Below are positions 9,754 through 19,690 of a stretch of DNA of 47,714 nt, piece by piece. Below the pieces are notes generated by a model, which saw only the letters and a list, made by a program, of their open reading frames with translations, searched no databases and had not been told where the DNA came from. The DNA is from Planctomycetota bacterium (GTDB lineage Bacteria > Planctomycetota > B15-G4 > JADJEK01): NCBI GenBank assembly GCA_043802345.1, contig JAZDLC010000196.1, positions 1 to 47,714 of the forward strand. The letters are read 5' to 3'. Every line of letters starts with the position of its first letter. The stretch's first letter is position 1. The translations under genes were made by a program, and so were the position numbers.

Positions 9754-11367
9754 TCAGGGAGTCGTGACCGTCACCGCGTTCGAGGCCGCGAAACCCCAGG
9801 GGCCGGCGGGGTCGACGATCCAGTACTGGAAGTAGAGCGGGACGCCGGCGGCCATGGCCGCCGGGACCTGGGCCGTGAGCGGCAGCTCTCCGGCGGATCC
9901 GGTCGGGAGGCCGAAAACCACCACGTCGGTCGCGGGGACCAGCGTTCCGCCCTTGAACGGCGTGCCGGCGTTGCTCAGGCCGAGCACCAGCGCGGAGACC
10001 GAGTTCGGCAGCGCGTTCTTCAGCTTCAGCCTGGCGACCTGCTGCGCCTTCAACTCTCCCTGGCCCAGGAGAACCGGCTCGCCCGTCGCGCCGGCCAGGG
10101 CGGAGCCGAGGTCGGTCCAGGTCGAGCGGTAGGCGTAGACGCCGCTGCGGTCGGCCACGAGCATCGTGCCGTCGTTGCCGATGGCCGGCCCGCCGGAGTT
10201 CTGGCGGTCGAGGTTCAGCGTGAACAGGTTGACCGACAGGCCGGCATTGAAGGCCCACAGGCGGCCGTCGCTGGCCGGCGTGCTGGCCCAGCCGTTCGAG
10301 ACGTAGACGTTGCCGTTGATGTCCACCGCCGTCTTCGGGCTGAGGTTGGAGGTGCCGATCGGACTCAGCACGCCGGCGGTATCCAGGACGTTGCCGTTCG
10401 CCGGGTCGAGCCGCACGAACTCGTTGGTCGGCAGGAAGGTGTAGATGCTGCCGTCCGCGGCGATGGCGTGCTCGTGGCTGGTCGTCCAGCGAACCGGCCG
10501 GTTCCAGAGCGGGATGAACTGGGCACCGTCGTCCGTGAACGCGAAGAGGTTGTCGTAGGGCGGGTTGTTCTGGCTGCGCGAGAAGTAGACCGTGCCGCCG
10601 TCCGCGGACACGAAGGGCGAGTTCTGGTTGGTGAAGCCGGCCATCAGCGGGCTGGAGTAGAGCCGGGCGCCCGTCGCCATGTCGAGCCGGGTGAGGATGT
10701 TTCCCCCGGGCGCGGCCTCGTCGATGTAGACCGCCGTGGCGGTGGCCGCGGCGCCGCAGTTGCCGCTGACCGAGCCGGTGCGCGGCGTGTTCCAGACCGT
10801 GGTGCCGTCGTTGTGATTGATGCGCGTGACATACCGGAACTCGCCCACGATCAGGTCGCCGTTGGGAGCGAAGACGATGCCGTCATGTGCCCAGGCCTCG
10901 GTCTGCCAGACCGACGTCCAGAGATACGTGCCGGTGGCGGCGTCGAACGCCTTGATCGGCTGGGGCTGCTGGTTGCTGGAGCGGGAGGCGTAGACCTTGC
11001 CATCCCGCGCGCCGCCGCACCAGGCGATCCACTCGGTGCCGGTATCACCTCCGAACGAGAGCGTGGTACGCCACAGTTCCGTCCCGGTCTCCAGGTCGTA
11101 GGCGATCAGCGCGTCGTTGGCGCTCCCCCCGCTCGTCGGAAACCCGGCCTCGCGAATCGTGAAGACCCGGTCGCCGAGGATGAACGGATGCCATGAAATG
11201 ATCGAGTAGTCGGCGGTGTTGCTCCACAGAAGATCTGCCGCGTAGGGGCCGATCTCCGGCGACTGCCCGTTGCGCGCGTTGTTGCCGCCGTTGTTCATCC
11301 AGTCGGCCGCCGCCGCCGAGACCGAGAGCGCGATGGCGATGCCAAGAGACACGAGTGTCCTTCTCAT
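9754..11367 (-). CDS. Secreted PQQ-like beta-propeller protein with conserved C-terminal domain
   Basis: Start MRRTLVSLG with RBS and signal peptide; repeated A.D..TG..LW propeller motifs; C-terminal ~120 aa resembles that of 12734-14374. Confidence 0.8.
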   Translation of the reverse strand: MRRTLVSLGIAIALSVSAAAADWMNNGGNNARNGQSPEIGPYAADLLWSNTADYSIISWHPFILGDRVFTIREAGFPTSGGSANDALIAYDLETGTELWRTTLSFGGDTGTEWIAWCGGARDGKVYASRSSNQQPQPIKAFDAATGTYLWTSVWQTEAWAHDGIVFAPNGDLIVGEFRYVTRINHNDGTTVWNTPRTGSVSGNCGAAATATAVYIDEAAPGGNILTRLDMATGARLYSSPLMAGFTNQNSPFVSADGGTVYFSRSQNNPPYDNLFAFTDDGAQFIPLWNRPVRWTTSHEHAIAADGSIYTFLPTNEFVRLDPANGNVLDTAGVLSPIGTSNLSPKTAVDINGNVYVSNGWASTPASDGRLWAFNAGLSVNLFTLNLDRQNSGGPAIGNDGTMLVADRSGVYAYRSTWTDLGSALAGATGEPVLLGQGELKAQQVARLKLKNALPNSVSALVLGLSNAGTPFKGGTLVPATDVVVFGLPTGSAGELPLTAQVPAAMAAGVPLYFQYWIVDPAGPWGFAASNAVTVTTP

Positions 11368-11471
11368 GAGTCGATCCTTCCTGGCTGCGAGATCCTGAGG
11401 CTCCCCATGATACCACCGAAGGGCGGGGCGAAAGCTGGAGGGGACATTCATTTAATGTCACCATCCTCGAT

Positions 11472-12557
11472 ATGCATGGTGTGCGGACGGTGTCCGCCAC
11501 GCCCGCATCCGTGTCCAGGAAGCGGAGCGGGAGCAGGCTGAGCGCCGTGAAGGTCGAGAATGTTGAGATAGAACGGATGTCCCCTCTGCCGCTCGCCGTC
11601 AACGTGACCGTCGACGAATCCGAGATCGCGGACACCGGCATCTTCGTGCTCGGTCTCGAGTTCACGCCGCAAGAGGACATCCGCGAGCCGTACCTCGTCC
11701 GCCTGGTCGTCTCCTCCGGCGACCGCGAGGTGATCCGGCGTAACCACAGTCCCGACCCTCCCACGACGCGCTGGCGCAAAGGACGCCCGGTCCGGTACGA
11801 CCTGCCTACCGCGTTTCCCCTGAACCACGGACTGACAAGCCGCTGGCCGCTCGAGGTCCAGCTCGCGTTCCTCGATCCGGAGACAGGGGTCGTGCACCCG
11901 CCGAGCGACCGGGCGATCTACGGTACCGGACTGGCGTCGGTGGCCGAGATGCAGGTGCCGGTCTTCGCGAAGGTCTCCGAACTGGAGCAGGCCGAGCGGC
12001 TCATCGCGAGGGCAAGGGAGTTCCGCGGCGCCGACCGCCAGGCCGACGCCTGGGATGTGCTCGAGCTCGGCGTCCGCATGGCCGAGGAGGACCCGCTCAA
12101 GTACCGCCTGCGCGACGAGCTCCTGAAGCTACAGAACCTGCCGCCGCGCCCGCTGACGATGGAGGAGGAGCAGATCGTCCGGCAGCGCATCGACGAGGAG
12201 AAGGCGCGCTACTTCCGGCTGGTGGCGGGAGGCATGTACGACCGCGAGGAGTTCCATGGGGCCCTCGCCCTGCTGGAGAAGGTCGGCGGCAGCCTGGCGG
12301 AACAGACTGATCAGGCCGTCATTGGGGCGCTCGCGGAAGCGGAGCGCCTGGAGCGTGACCTGGAGGATGTCCGCCAGAAGTTGCTCAACCACGTGCCGGC
12401 GCAGGAGCTGGCCGAGGTCGAGGTACGGTGCCGCGGCATACTCCTCCGGATTCGCGAAACGGCGCGTGATCATGCCGGAGGTCATTCAAGATTGGGAGCG
12501 GCCCGAATCGGGAGGAAAGTGTCGCGGCACCGTACTCCCGCGCTCGATCGACCATGA
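11472..12557 (+). pseudogene. Hypothetical protein (beta-sandwich + helical/TPR-like region), 3'-interrupted by a MITE
   Basis: Typical GC3-rich codons up to ~12420. The reading frame then runs into the MITE at 12421 and stops 20 nt after it. Start uncertain. Confidence 0.55.
12421..12537. mobile_element. MITE copy 1 (~117 bp), ISAzo13-related ends
   Basis: Ends ggtacggtgccgcggca...tgtcgcggcaccgtac form an inverted repeat; inner IR tcctccggattc/gaatcgggagga; homologous to 34579-34696. Confidence 0.85.
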
Positions 12558-12733
12558 TGCGATGCCCTTTCTCGCTGGCGATTCCGGCCTTGGGCGAGAG
12601 CCGAGTCCTCGTCACGCACCTCGATCTCTCGCTCAGTAGTCAGGAGCTCACCACGACACGTGTTAAACTGGCCGGCATCTCCGGCGGGCATGGCCTGCAC
12701 GGCACAGGATCTTTGGTCATAGGAAGGACGAAC

Positions 12734-14374
12734 ATGAAACGCTCTCATCTATTGCAAGCCCTCCTCGGCGCGGCGCTCCTCCCGGCGTTCATCACCGCGA
12801 CGGCCTTCGCCACCGATCCCGCCGTCAAGGTCAGCGTAATCGCCATGGAGGGCCAGGCGGTGGCCGGCGTCGGCAACATCACGTCGATCGACAACGTGGC
12901 CGTCAACAACCTCGGTGAGACCCTGGTCGAGGTGGACACGGACAACCCCCTCACCGACGTCGACGGCGCGATGCTCAGAAACGGCACGCTCTACATCCAG
13001 GAAGGACAGGGCCTCACCCTGCCCGCCGGTGCCTCGGTCGGCTCGTTCGACACCGTCAATCTCAACAACCTCGGCAACAGCGGCTGGAACTTTTTCCTCG
13101 ACGGAACGGCCGGCACGAACGACGATTCCGGCATCTTTCTCAACACCTCCCTGCTCGTTCAGGAAGGCAGCATCGCCACGGCGCCCCAGTTCGCTCCCGG
13201 CACGCCGTTCCTCGGCTTTTTCGAATGCAAGATCAACGACGCGGACCAGATCCTGGTGCTCGGTACGGTAGACGATCCGGCCATCGCCACCACCGTCGAC
13301 CAGTTTCTGATGACACTGGACACGTTCGGCAACCAGAGCGTCTACCTGAAGGAGGGCGACCAGGTCCCCGGCGCTCCCGGCGTGTTCGTGTCCGCGTTCG
13401 GCACCACTCCGCACAACTTCGACTACAGCAACGCGGGCGACGTGCTCTGTTTCATCGACAGCGACGCCGCCACCACGGTGGACGGCTTCATCGTCAAGAA
13501 CGGCACCATCATTGCCCGGGAGGGCGATCCGGCCCCCGTCATCGGACGGAACTGGTCGTCACTCGCCAGCCCCGAGCTGAGCCTGAACGACCAGGGCGGG
13601 TATGTCTTCTCCGGGAGCCTCGACGGCGACGCCGCCACCAACCTGATCATCGTGCGCAATGGCGAGAAGTTCCGGCAGGAGGGGGACACCCTGCCGGCGT
13701 TCGCTCCGTTCCTGATCACCAGCTTCGGCACCGCTCCGATCCTCGCCGCCAACGCCACCCCCGCCGAGTCGTTCTTCGACGTCTTCTGGTACGCCGCCTG
13801 GGACGACCCCGACACGACGAAAGACACCGGGCTGTTCCTGGACGAGAAGCTCCTGCTGCAGGAAGGCGTCGACAAGTTGGGCGGCATCGAGATCGAGGAC
13901 CTTCGCGGCATCCAGGACGGGTACGCGATCAGCGACGACGGACGGTACCTCGTCGTCCGGGTGAGCCTGGTGGGCAGCATCGACGCCGCGGCGCTCCTGG
14001 ACATGGGACCGTGGGAGAATCTCGGCCACTCCCTGGCCGGTACCACCACCCCCAAACTGCGCTGCTTCGGCCAGCTCGCTCCCAGCGAGCCGGTGACGCT
14101 GCGTCTCTCCAACGCGCTCCCCGGTGCGTTTTCGGCCCTTTTCTTCGGACTCACGCAGGCCAATCAGCCCTTCCGGGGCGGAATCCTCGTTCCCACCCCG
14201 CAGATCCTGGTGTACCCCCTGCCCGTCAACGCGGACGGCGTCCTGGAGCTGACCGCCAACTGGCCGCCCGCGGCGCCAGCGGGCGTCGCTATCTATCTGC
14301 AGTACTGGGTCGCCGACCCCGGCGCCCCCGCCGGCTACGCCGCGTCCAACGCGGTGGTCGGCGTGTCGCAGTAG
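12734..14374 (+). CDS. Secreted repeat (NxxG-type beta-propeller-like) protein with conserved C-terminal domain
   Basis: Start MKRSHLL with RBS aggaagga and signal peptide; repeats VNNLG/LNNLG/INDAD/YSNAG/LNDQG/ISDDG and xxEGD; C-terminal domain shared with 9754-11367. Confidence 0.8.
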   Translation: MKRSHLLQALLGAALLPAFITATAFATDPAVKVSVIAMEGQAVAGVGNITSIDNVAVNNLGETLVEVDTDNPLTDVDGAMLRNGTLYIQEGQGLTLPAGASVGSFDTVNLNNLGNSGWNFFLDGTAGTNDDSGIFLNTSLLVQEGSIATAPQFAPGTPFLGFFECKINDADQILVLGTVDDPAIATTVDQFLMTLDTFGNQSVYLKEGDQVPGAPGVFVSAFGTTPHNFDYSNAGDVLCFIDSDAATTVDGFIVKNGTIIAREGDPAPVIGRNWSSLASPELSLNDQGGYVFSGSLDGDAATNLIIVRNGEKFRQEGDTLPAFAPFLITSFGTAPILAANATPAESFFDVFWYAAWDDPDTTKDTGLFLDEKLLLQEGVDKLGGIEIEDLRGIQDGYAISDDGRYLVVRVSLVGSIDAAALLDMGPWENLGHSLAGTTTPKLRCFGQLAPSEPVTLRLSNALPGAFSALFFGLTQANQPFRGGILVPTPQILVYPLPVNADGVLELTANWPPAAPAGVAIYLQYWVADPGAPAGYAASNAVVGVSQ

Positions 14375-14380
14375 GCGAGG

Positions 14381-15508
14381 GGTACGGTGCCGCGGCAAAG
14401 GGCCCGCGCAGAAATAACTGTTACAGTTTAATCTTGCGTTCCGAAACGGGGTCAGGGACGATGCGGCTGTGGCGGACGTCAAGCTGGTCGCGCGAATCCA
14501 ACGCAAGTTCAAGGCCTTGCGGCCGGGGATGGACGAGCGCATGCGTCGGCAGTGGGCCGCTGCAGAAGCGCGCGACTTGGGGTGGGGCGGCGTAACAACC
14601 GTGGCCAACGCAACCGGGCTGTCGCGGCCGACAATCTATGCTGGCATGCGTGAACTCGACCTGCCGGAGAAGGATCGGGTCGAGGCGGAGACCCGGGTCC
14701 GGCGCCCTGGCGGCGGACGCCGGCCGCTGAAGGAGACCGACCCGGACCTTCTCGCTGCGTTGGACGCATTGGTTGATCCACAGACTCGAGGTGATCCGGA
14801 GTCGCCGCTCCGTTGGACGTGCAAGAGCACGAGCAAGCTGGCTGAGGAGCTATCCCGCCAGGACCATCCGGTGAGTGCGCGCACCGTTGCAGCGCTCTTG
14901 CAGGAAGCGGGCTACAGCCTGCAGGCCAACCGAAAGACGCGAGAAGGTAGTGCCCATCCCGATCGGAACGCTCAGTTCGAGTTCATCAGTCGCTCGGTGC
15001 GACGGTTTCAGAAGCGTGGTCAGCCTGTCATCTCTGTAGACACCAAGAAAAAGGAGCTTGTGGGCGATTTCCGCAATGCCGGTCGAGAGTGGCAGCCCCT
15101 CGGAGAGCCCGAAGAGGTACGAGTCCACGACTTCAAGGACCCAGCCCTGGGTAAAGCCATTCCATATGGCGTGTACGACATCATCAATGATCAGGGATGG
15201 GTGAGCGTCGGGATTGATCACGATACTGCGCAGTTCGCGGCCAACACCATCCACCGGTGGTGGACGCACATGGGACAGGACCGTTTCCCACGGGCAAACG
15301 AGCTACTGATCACCGCCGATGGCGGTGGGAGCAACAGCTCCAGATCACGACTCTGGAAGGTCGCCCTGCAGCTCCTCGCAGACGACCTGGACATGAGGCT
15401 CGTGGTATGCCACTTCCCGCCAGGCACAAGCAAGTGGAACAAGATCGAGCACCGCCTATTCAGTTTCATCACGCAGAACTGGCGAGGTCGCCCGCTCGTC
15501 ACGCATCA
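14381..15508 (+). mobile_element. ISAzo13-family insertion sequence, 3'-truncated (left IR present, right end missing)
   Basis: Left IR ggtacggtgccgcggca at 14381-14397 lies 88 bp upstream of the transposase start. No inverted copy was found downstream. Transposase similarity stops at RPLVTHQ. Confidence 0.8.
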
Positions 15509-15665
15509 GGCACGAATCTCCGACGTCGGACTCGCGGCAGGGGATTCGAGTACGAGTACCGTCCCTTCGGGACTGAGTACGAGTACGAGTACGAAACGCG
15601 CGTTCCGTTGCTTCTGTCAGCGAGACGAAGGAATGCTGATAGCAGGCACGCCAGAGATGGATTAA
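14469..15665 (+). pseudogene. ISAzo13 (Rhodopirellula-type DDE) transposase with replaced C-terminus
   Basis: RRPGGGR, TRGDPESPLRWT.KS, GYSLQAN.K..EG..HPDRNAQF, ISVDTKKKELVG, ITADGGGSN and PPGTSKWNKIEHRLFS motifs. The last ~52 aa are read-through of a GAGTAC repeat region. Confidence 0.9.
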
Positions 15666-15741
15666 TGGCAGACACGCGACGCGATTCGTACTCGAATCGT
15701 GGAAGGCCGACCTGCGTGGGTGGGCTCGAGTACGAGTACGA
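15547..15741. repeat. GAGTAC hexamer tandem repeats with small hairpins (REP-like element)
   Basis: (GAGTAC)2-c-gtccc ttc gggac-t-(GAGTAC)3 at 15547-15594; hairpin cgattcg-tact-cgaatcg at 15682-15699; (GAGTAC)2 at 15728-15739. Confidence 0.8.
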
Positions 15742-15764
15742 TTCGGCTAGAGTTTCAAGAACTC

Positions 15765-16661
15765 CTACTTCGGCAAAGTCTGCATGATCCGGCTGCCCGG
15801 AGGGACATCCTTCGTGAGCCACACATTCCCCCCGATCACCGAACCCTTCCCAATCGTCACCCGCCCGAGAATCGTGGCCCCGGAGTAGACGATCACGTCG
15901 TCCTCCAGGATCGGATGGCGGTCGATCCCCTTGATCGGGCGGCCCTTGTCGTCGAGCGGGAAGCTCTTTGCGCCCAGCGTCACCCCCTGATACAGACGCA
16001 CATTCTCGCCAAGCACCGCGGTCTCGCCGACCACGACGCCGGTGCCATGATCGATGAAGAAGCACGGCCCGATGCGCGCGCCCGGGTGGATGTCGATGCC
16101 GGTGGAGCTGTGGGCGTACTCGGTGAGCATCCGCGGCAAGAAAGGCACTTTCAACTCGTACAGCGCATGCGCGATCCGCTGGCAGAGGACGGCCTCGACC
16201 CCCGGGTAGCAGAAGATCGCCTCATCGGGCGAGAGGCAGGCCGGATCACCCTCGTACGCCGCCTCGATGTCACCCAGGAGCAGGCGTTGGATTTCGGGGA
16301 GCTTCTTCAAGAACGCTCCTGCGAGTTCGTCCGCTCGCCGCGTGCAATCCGGATCGCTCGTCTCCGTGACGCAGGCGAAGCAGAGTCCACGATGGATCTG
16401 CTGCTCGAGGATTCTCGACACATGGTCCAAGGTGGCGCCGACATGGAAACTGATCGATTCCTGGTCGACCTCCGAGTTGCCGAAGTAGCCGGGCAGGAGC
16501 ACCTGGCGCAGCCCCTCGAACACCTCGATCATCTCCCGCTGCGACGGGAGGGGCGAGGCGCAGGCAAGCCGTTTGCCGAACCGGGCCTTGAGGTGCGCCG
16601 AGTTGCAGAGCGCCTGCACCACGGCCGAGAGCCTTCCATCCGCGACCGATTGATCAGACAT
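15765..16661 (-). CDS. cysE: Serine O-acetyltransferase (EpsC-type long form)
   Basis: [45 protein letters not shown] and RHP hexapeptide motifs. Start overlaps the cysK stop. Confidence 0.93.
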   Translation of the reverse strand: MSDQSVADGRLSAVVQALCNSAHLKARFGKRLACASPLPSQREMIEVFEGLRQVLLPGYFGNSEVDQESISFHVGATLDHVSRILEQQIHRGLCFACVTETSDPDCTRRADELAGAFLKKLPEIQRLLLGDIEAAYEGDPACLSPDEAIFCYPGVEAVLCQRIAHALYELKVPFLPRMLTEYAHSSTGIDIHPGARIGPCFFIDHGTGVVVGETAVLGENVRLYQGVTLGAKSFPLDDKGRPIKGIDRHPILEDDVIVYSGATILGRVTIGKGSVIGGNVWLTKDVPPGSRIMQTLPK

Positions 16662-17604
16662 CGTGTGCCTCCGTTTCCAGATCCTCGAACAACCACGTGC
16701 TGAGATAACGCTCGCCACAAGACGGGATGATCACGACGATCCGCTTCCCGTCATTCTCCTCGCGCCGCGCCACCTGCAGGGCGGCCCAGATCGCGGCTCC
16801 GGAGGAGATCCCGACCAGCAGGCCTTCCTCCCGCGCGGCCCTGCGCGCCATGACGCCCGCGTCTTCCTGCGTGACCTGGATGACCTCGTCGATCAGGGCC
16901 ACATCCAGGATCTCAGGGACGAAGCCGGCGCCGATCCCCTGGAGCTTGTGCGGTCCCGGCGCGCCTCCCGAGAGGACCGGAGAGTCCTTCGGTTCGACCG
17001 CGACCACCTGGAAGCCCGGCCTGCGCTCCTTCAGCACGCTGCCCACTCCGGTAAGGGTCCCGCCGGTGCCGACTCCGGAGATCAGGATGTCGACCTGGCC
17101 ATCGGTGTCGGCCCAGATCTCCTCGGCCGTCGTCCTGCGATGAACCTCCGGGTTGGCCGGATTAGAGAACTGCTGCAGCATGATGTGGCCGGGTGACTTC
17201 GCGACCAACTCCTCGGCCTTGCTGATGGCGCCCTTCATCCCTTCCGCGCCTTTGGTCAGGACCAGTTCCGCGCCGAGGGCGCGGAGCAGCTTGCGCCGCT
17301 CGATGCTCATGGTATCGGGCATGGTGAGAAGGAGCCGGTACCCCTTGCTCGCGCAGACGAAGGCCAGGCCGATGCCCGTGTTGCCGCTCGTCGGCTCGAC
17401 CAGGACGGTCTCGTCCTTGATGAGGCCCTGGTCCTCGGCCGCCTCGATCATGCTCAGGCCGATCCGATCCTTGACGCTGCTGAGCGGGTTGAACATCTCG
17501 AGTTTCAGCAGGATCTCCCCAAGGCACCCTTCGGCGAGCTTGCCGAGCCGGACGAGCGGGGTGTTGCCAATGAGCTCCGTGATGTTGTTCGCGATCCGTG
17601 ACAT
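16654..17604 (-). CDS. cysK: Cysteine synthase A
   Basis: [21 protein letters not shown] (PLP Lys), [29 protein letters not shown] and GERYLST motifs. Confidence 0.97.
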   Translation of the reverse strand: MSRIANNITELIGNTPLVRLGKLAEGCLGEILLKLEMFNPLSSVKDRIGLSMIEAAEDQGLIKDETVLVEPTSGNTGIGLAFVCASKGYRLLLTMPDTMSIERRKLLRALGAELVLTKGAEGMKGAISKAEELVAKSPGHIMLQQFSNPANPEVHRRTTAEEIWADTDGQVDILISGVGTGGTLTGVGSVLKERRPGFQVVAVEPKDSPVLSGGAPGPHKLQGIGAGFVPEILDVALIDEVIQVTQEDAGVMARRAAREEGLLVGISSGAAIWAALQVARREENDGKRIVVIIPSCGERYLSTWLFEDLETEAHDV

Positions 17605-17809
17605 CGTTCAAACCTCTCAAACGGACGCTGAGATCGACCCCACCGGTCATGATATGCCGGATCTGGTCCAGCGTGGCCTATTAGCTCGGTTTGCGAAGCG
17701 ACACCGGGAATAATGTCCCGCGAGACTACAGGGGGGTGCGACGCCAGGACGCCCTCGAAGTTTCTCAGGCAGACCGAACCGGCTGCCAAGGAGGCGCGTT
17801 GAATCAGCC

Positions 17810-19639
17810 ATGAATCGGCCAGTCCTCACCATGGCACTTCTCACCACGATTCTCGGGTCGTACAGCGCCTCGCCGCAGCACGCAATCGTGAGGAAGCTGG
17901 CGGACCCGTTGGGCGTAATCGTTGAGGTCGTCGATGCCGACCTGAAGCCGATACCGGGCGTGGAAGTCCATATTGTGGGAGGAGCGGACGAGATCTACGG
18001 CCGGCAGTATTCCAGCGATGCCATGCGTCCGATGTGGACTCTCGAGCAAGGCCGGCCAGTGGTTGCGGACAGCGAGGCGCGGCTGTCCATCCCGCCGGCC
18101 GACAGCCCGATCTGGCTCGCCGTTCGCCGCGAAGACCAACTTGGGTTCCTCGTAGTCCGACCCCACCACCGCGGAGTGCATCATCTTGTGCTTCGCAAGA
18201 CTCTGATCCAGCGCATCCGCACCGTCGATCGAAGCGGAAAGCCCCGCCCGGGGACGCCGGTCGCGATCTTCTCCTACGTTCCCACATCTTGCGGTAACGC
18301 ATCTGGCCAGGTCAACGCGGTGTGGCGAGGCAAGACGGCCGGGCCGGATGCTGAGGTGGAGGTGATTGGAATCGAGGAGGTGATCGCGCGGCACTGCCTG
18401 GATTTCGGCGAGGGTATCATCTGCGCGCTCGACCTGCCGATTCGCCAGGAGAAGCGGTTCGTCGACACGATCCAGCCCGAGACAACCACGCTCGTCGTGC
18501 CCCCACTCGGGAGCCTCGAGGTGCGAATCCTGGACCCGGAGGGCCGGTCGATCGAGGACAGGGTCGAGGTGAGCGTAACCGCGGAGAATGAACCGGCCTG
18601 GCGGATGTTTGATCCGCCCTTTCGATTTGCCGTCAGCGATGGAGCGGCAAGGATCCCATCGGTTCCATTGGACCGGCCGCTGATTGTCTCGGCTGAGCAC
18701 CCCCTGTTCGAGCGCGCCGAGACCGAACTCCCGCCGACCGAAAGGAAGCGAATTCGGACTTCGATCCGATTCCCTTCGAAACACCCCTCCGTCGCCGGGA
18801 GACTCCTGAAACCTGATGGCGAACCACTCGCTTTCGCGCGCGTCTTTGTGCAGTTCGGTGACTCGCCGAATTCGTTCTGCCCAACGTACGGAGTGACGGG
18901 CAGCGACGGTTCCTTCGAGGTTCGGGCGTCGCCCTCGAGTTGGACCGAGGTCAAGATCCGATGCGTGCCGTCGCAGGGGCCGCGATGGCAGGCGGATTTC
19001 CGAGCGGCCGACCTCCAGGAACTGAGTCACCTGGGAGATATCTGCCTCAGGCCCGAGGTGAATCGGCTGACGCGAGGCGCGTCGGACGATCCGCGAATGG
19101 CCGCGGTCGAGGGGATGATCCTGGCGCCCGACACGGTCTCACCGATCTCGCTCTGCGCCTCTTTGGTCGGTGAAGGAGGTCGATACCGCGCCCGAGTCGA
19201 CTCCGACGGGTCGTTTCGCCTCGCCGCGCCACCCGCGGTCTACTCGCTGCAGATCCGGCCGTGGAGCAGGGAGATCAACCTCGATCCGCCTCTCGTCGCC
19301 ATGTCGATCGAGGGGGTGGAGGTCGGGCCGGATCATCGCGGTGCCGCGCTGCAACTGGGCATCATCGACGCGCGCTGCTCGGTGCGAGTCGTGAGTCTTC
19401 GCATCCACAACGCCGGAGACTGCGCGGTCCTGCTCGAGTGGTCGGATCGAAGCGGTTGGAAGAAGAGGACCGTTCTCGTGGGCCGGAGCACGGACCGCCG
19501 GATCACTTCGAAACCGATCCTCGACGTGAAGATCTGGACCGACGAAAGGGAGCCGGTGCAGCTTCGCGAAGTCGACGGGGTCTGCGACGTGACGCTGAAA
19601 CCACTCAGCACGGAGCTGCACCGTTCGAATCGGCAGTAG
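17810..19639 (+). CDS. Hypothetical secreted protein with carboxypeptidase-regulatory-like (transthyretin-like) beta-sandwich repeats
   Basis: Signal-like N-terminus; repeated motifs VVDAD.KPIPGV.V, ILDPEGR, GRLLKPDGEPLA.ARV, T.SDGSF and VDSDGSF. Confidence 0.6.
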   Translation: MNRPVLTMALLTTILGSYSASPQHAIVRKLADPLGVIVEVVDADLKPIPGVEVHIVGGADEIYGRQYSSDAMRPMWTLEQGRPVVADSEARLSIPPADSPIWLAVRREDQLGFLVVRPHHRGVHHLVLRKTLIQRIRTVDRSGKPRPGTPVAIFSYVPTSCGNASGQVNAVWRGKTAGPDAEVEVIGIEEVIARHCLDFGEGIICALDLPIRQEKRFVDTIQPETTTLVVPPLGSLEVRILDPEGRSIEDRVEVSVTAENEPAWRMFDPPFRFAVSDGAARIPSVPLDRPLIVSAEHPLFERAETELPPTERKRIRTSIRFPSKHPSVAGRLLKPDGEPLAFARVFVQFGDSPNSFCPTYGVTGSDGSFEVRASPSSWTEVKIRCVPSQGPRWQADFRAADLQELSHLGDICLRPEVNRLTRGASDDPRMAAVEGMILAPDTVSPISLCASLVGEGGRYRARVDSDGSFRLAAPPAVYSLQIRPWSREINLDPPLVAMSIEGVEVGPDHRGAALQLGIIDARCSVRVVSLRIHNAGDCAVLLEWSDRSGWKKRTVLVGRSTDRRITSKPILDVKIWTDEREPVQLREVDGVCDVTLKPLSTELHRSNRQ

Positions 19640-19690
19640 TCCGCCTTCACGGAGACAGAACCGGCCCGCCCTTCAATTCGCAGCGCGGTC

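Noticed and set aside
15547-15741. Possible CRISPR array
   Set aside because: Repeats are 6 bp tandem units without regular spacers, and there are no cas genes.
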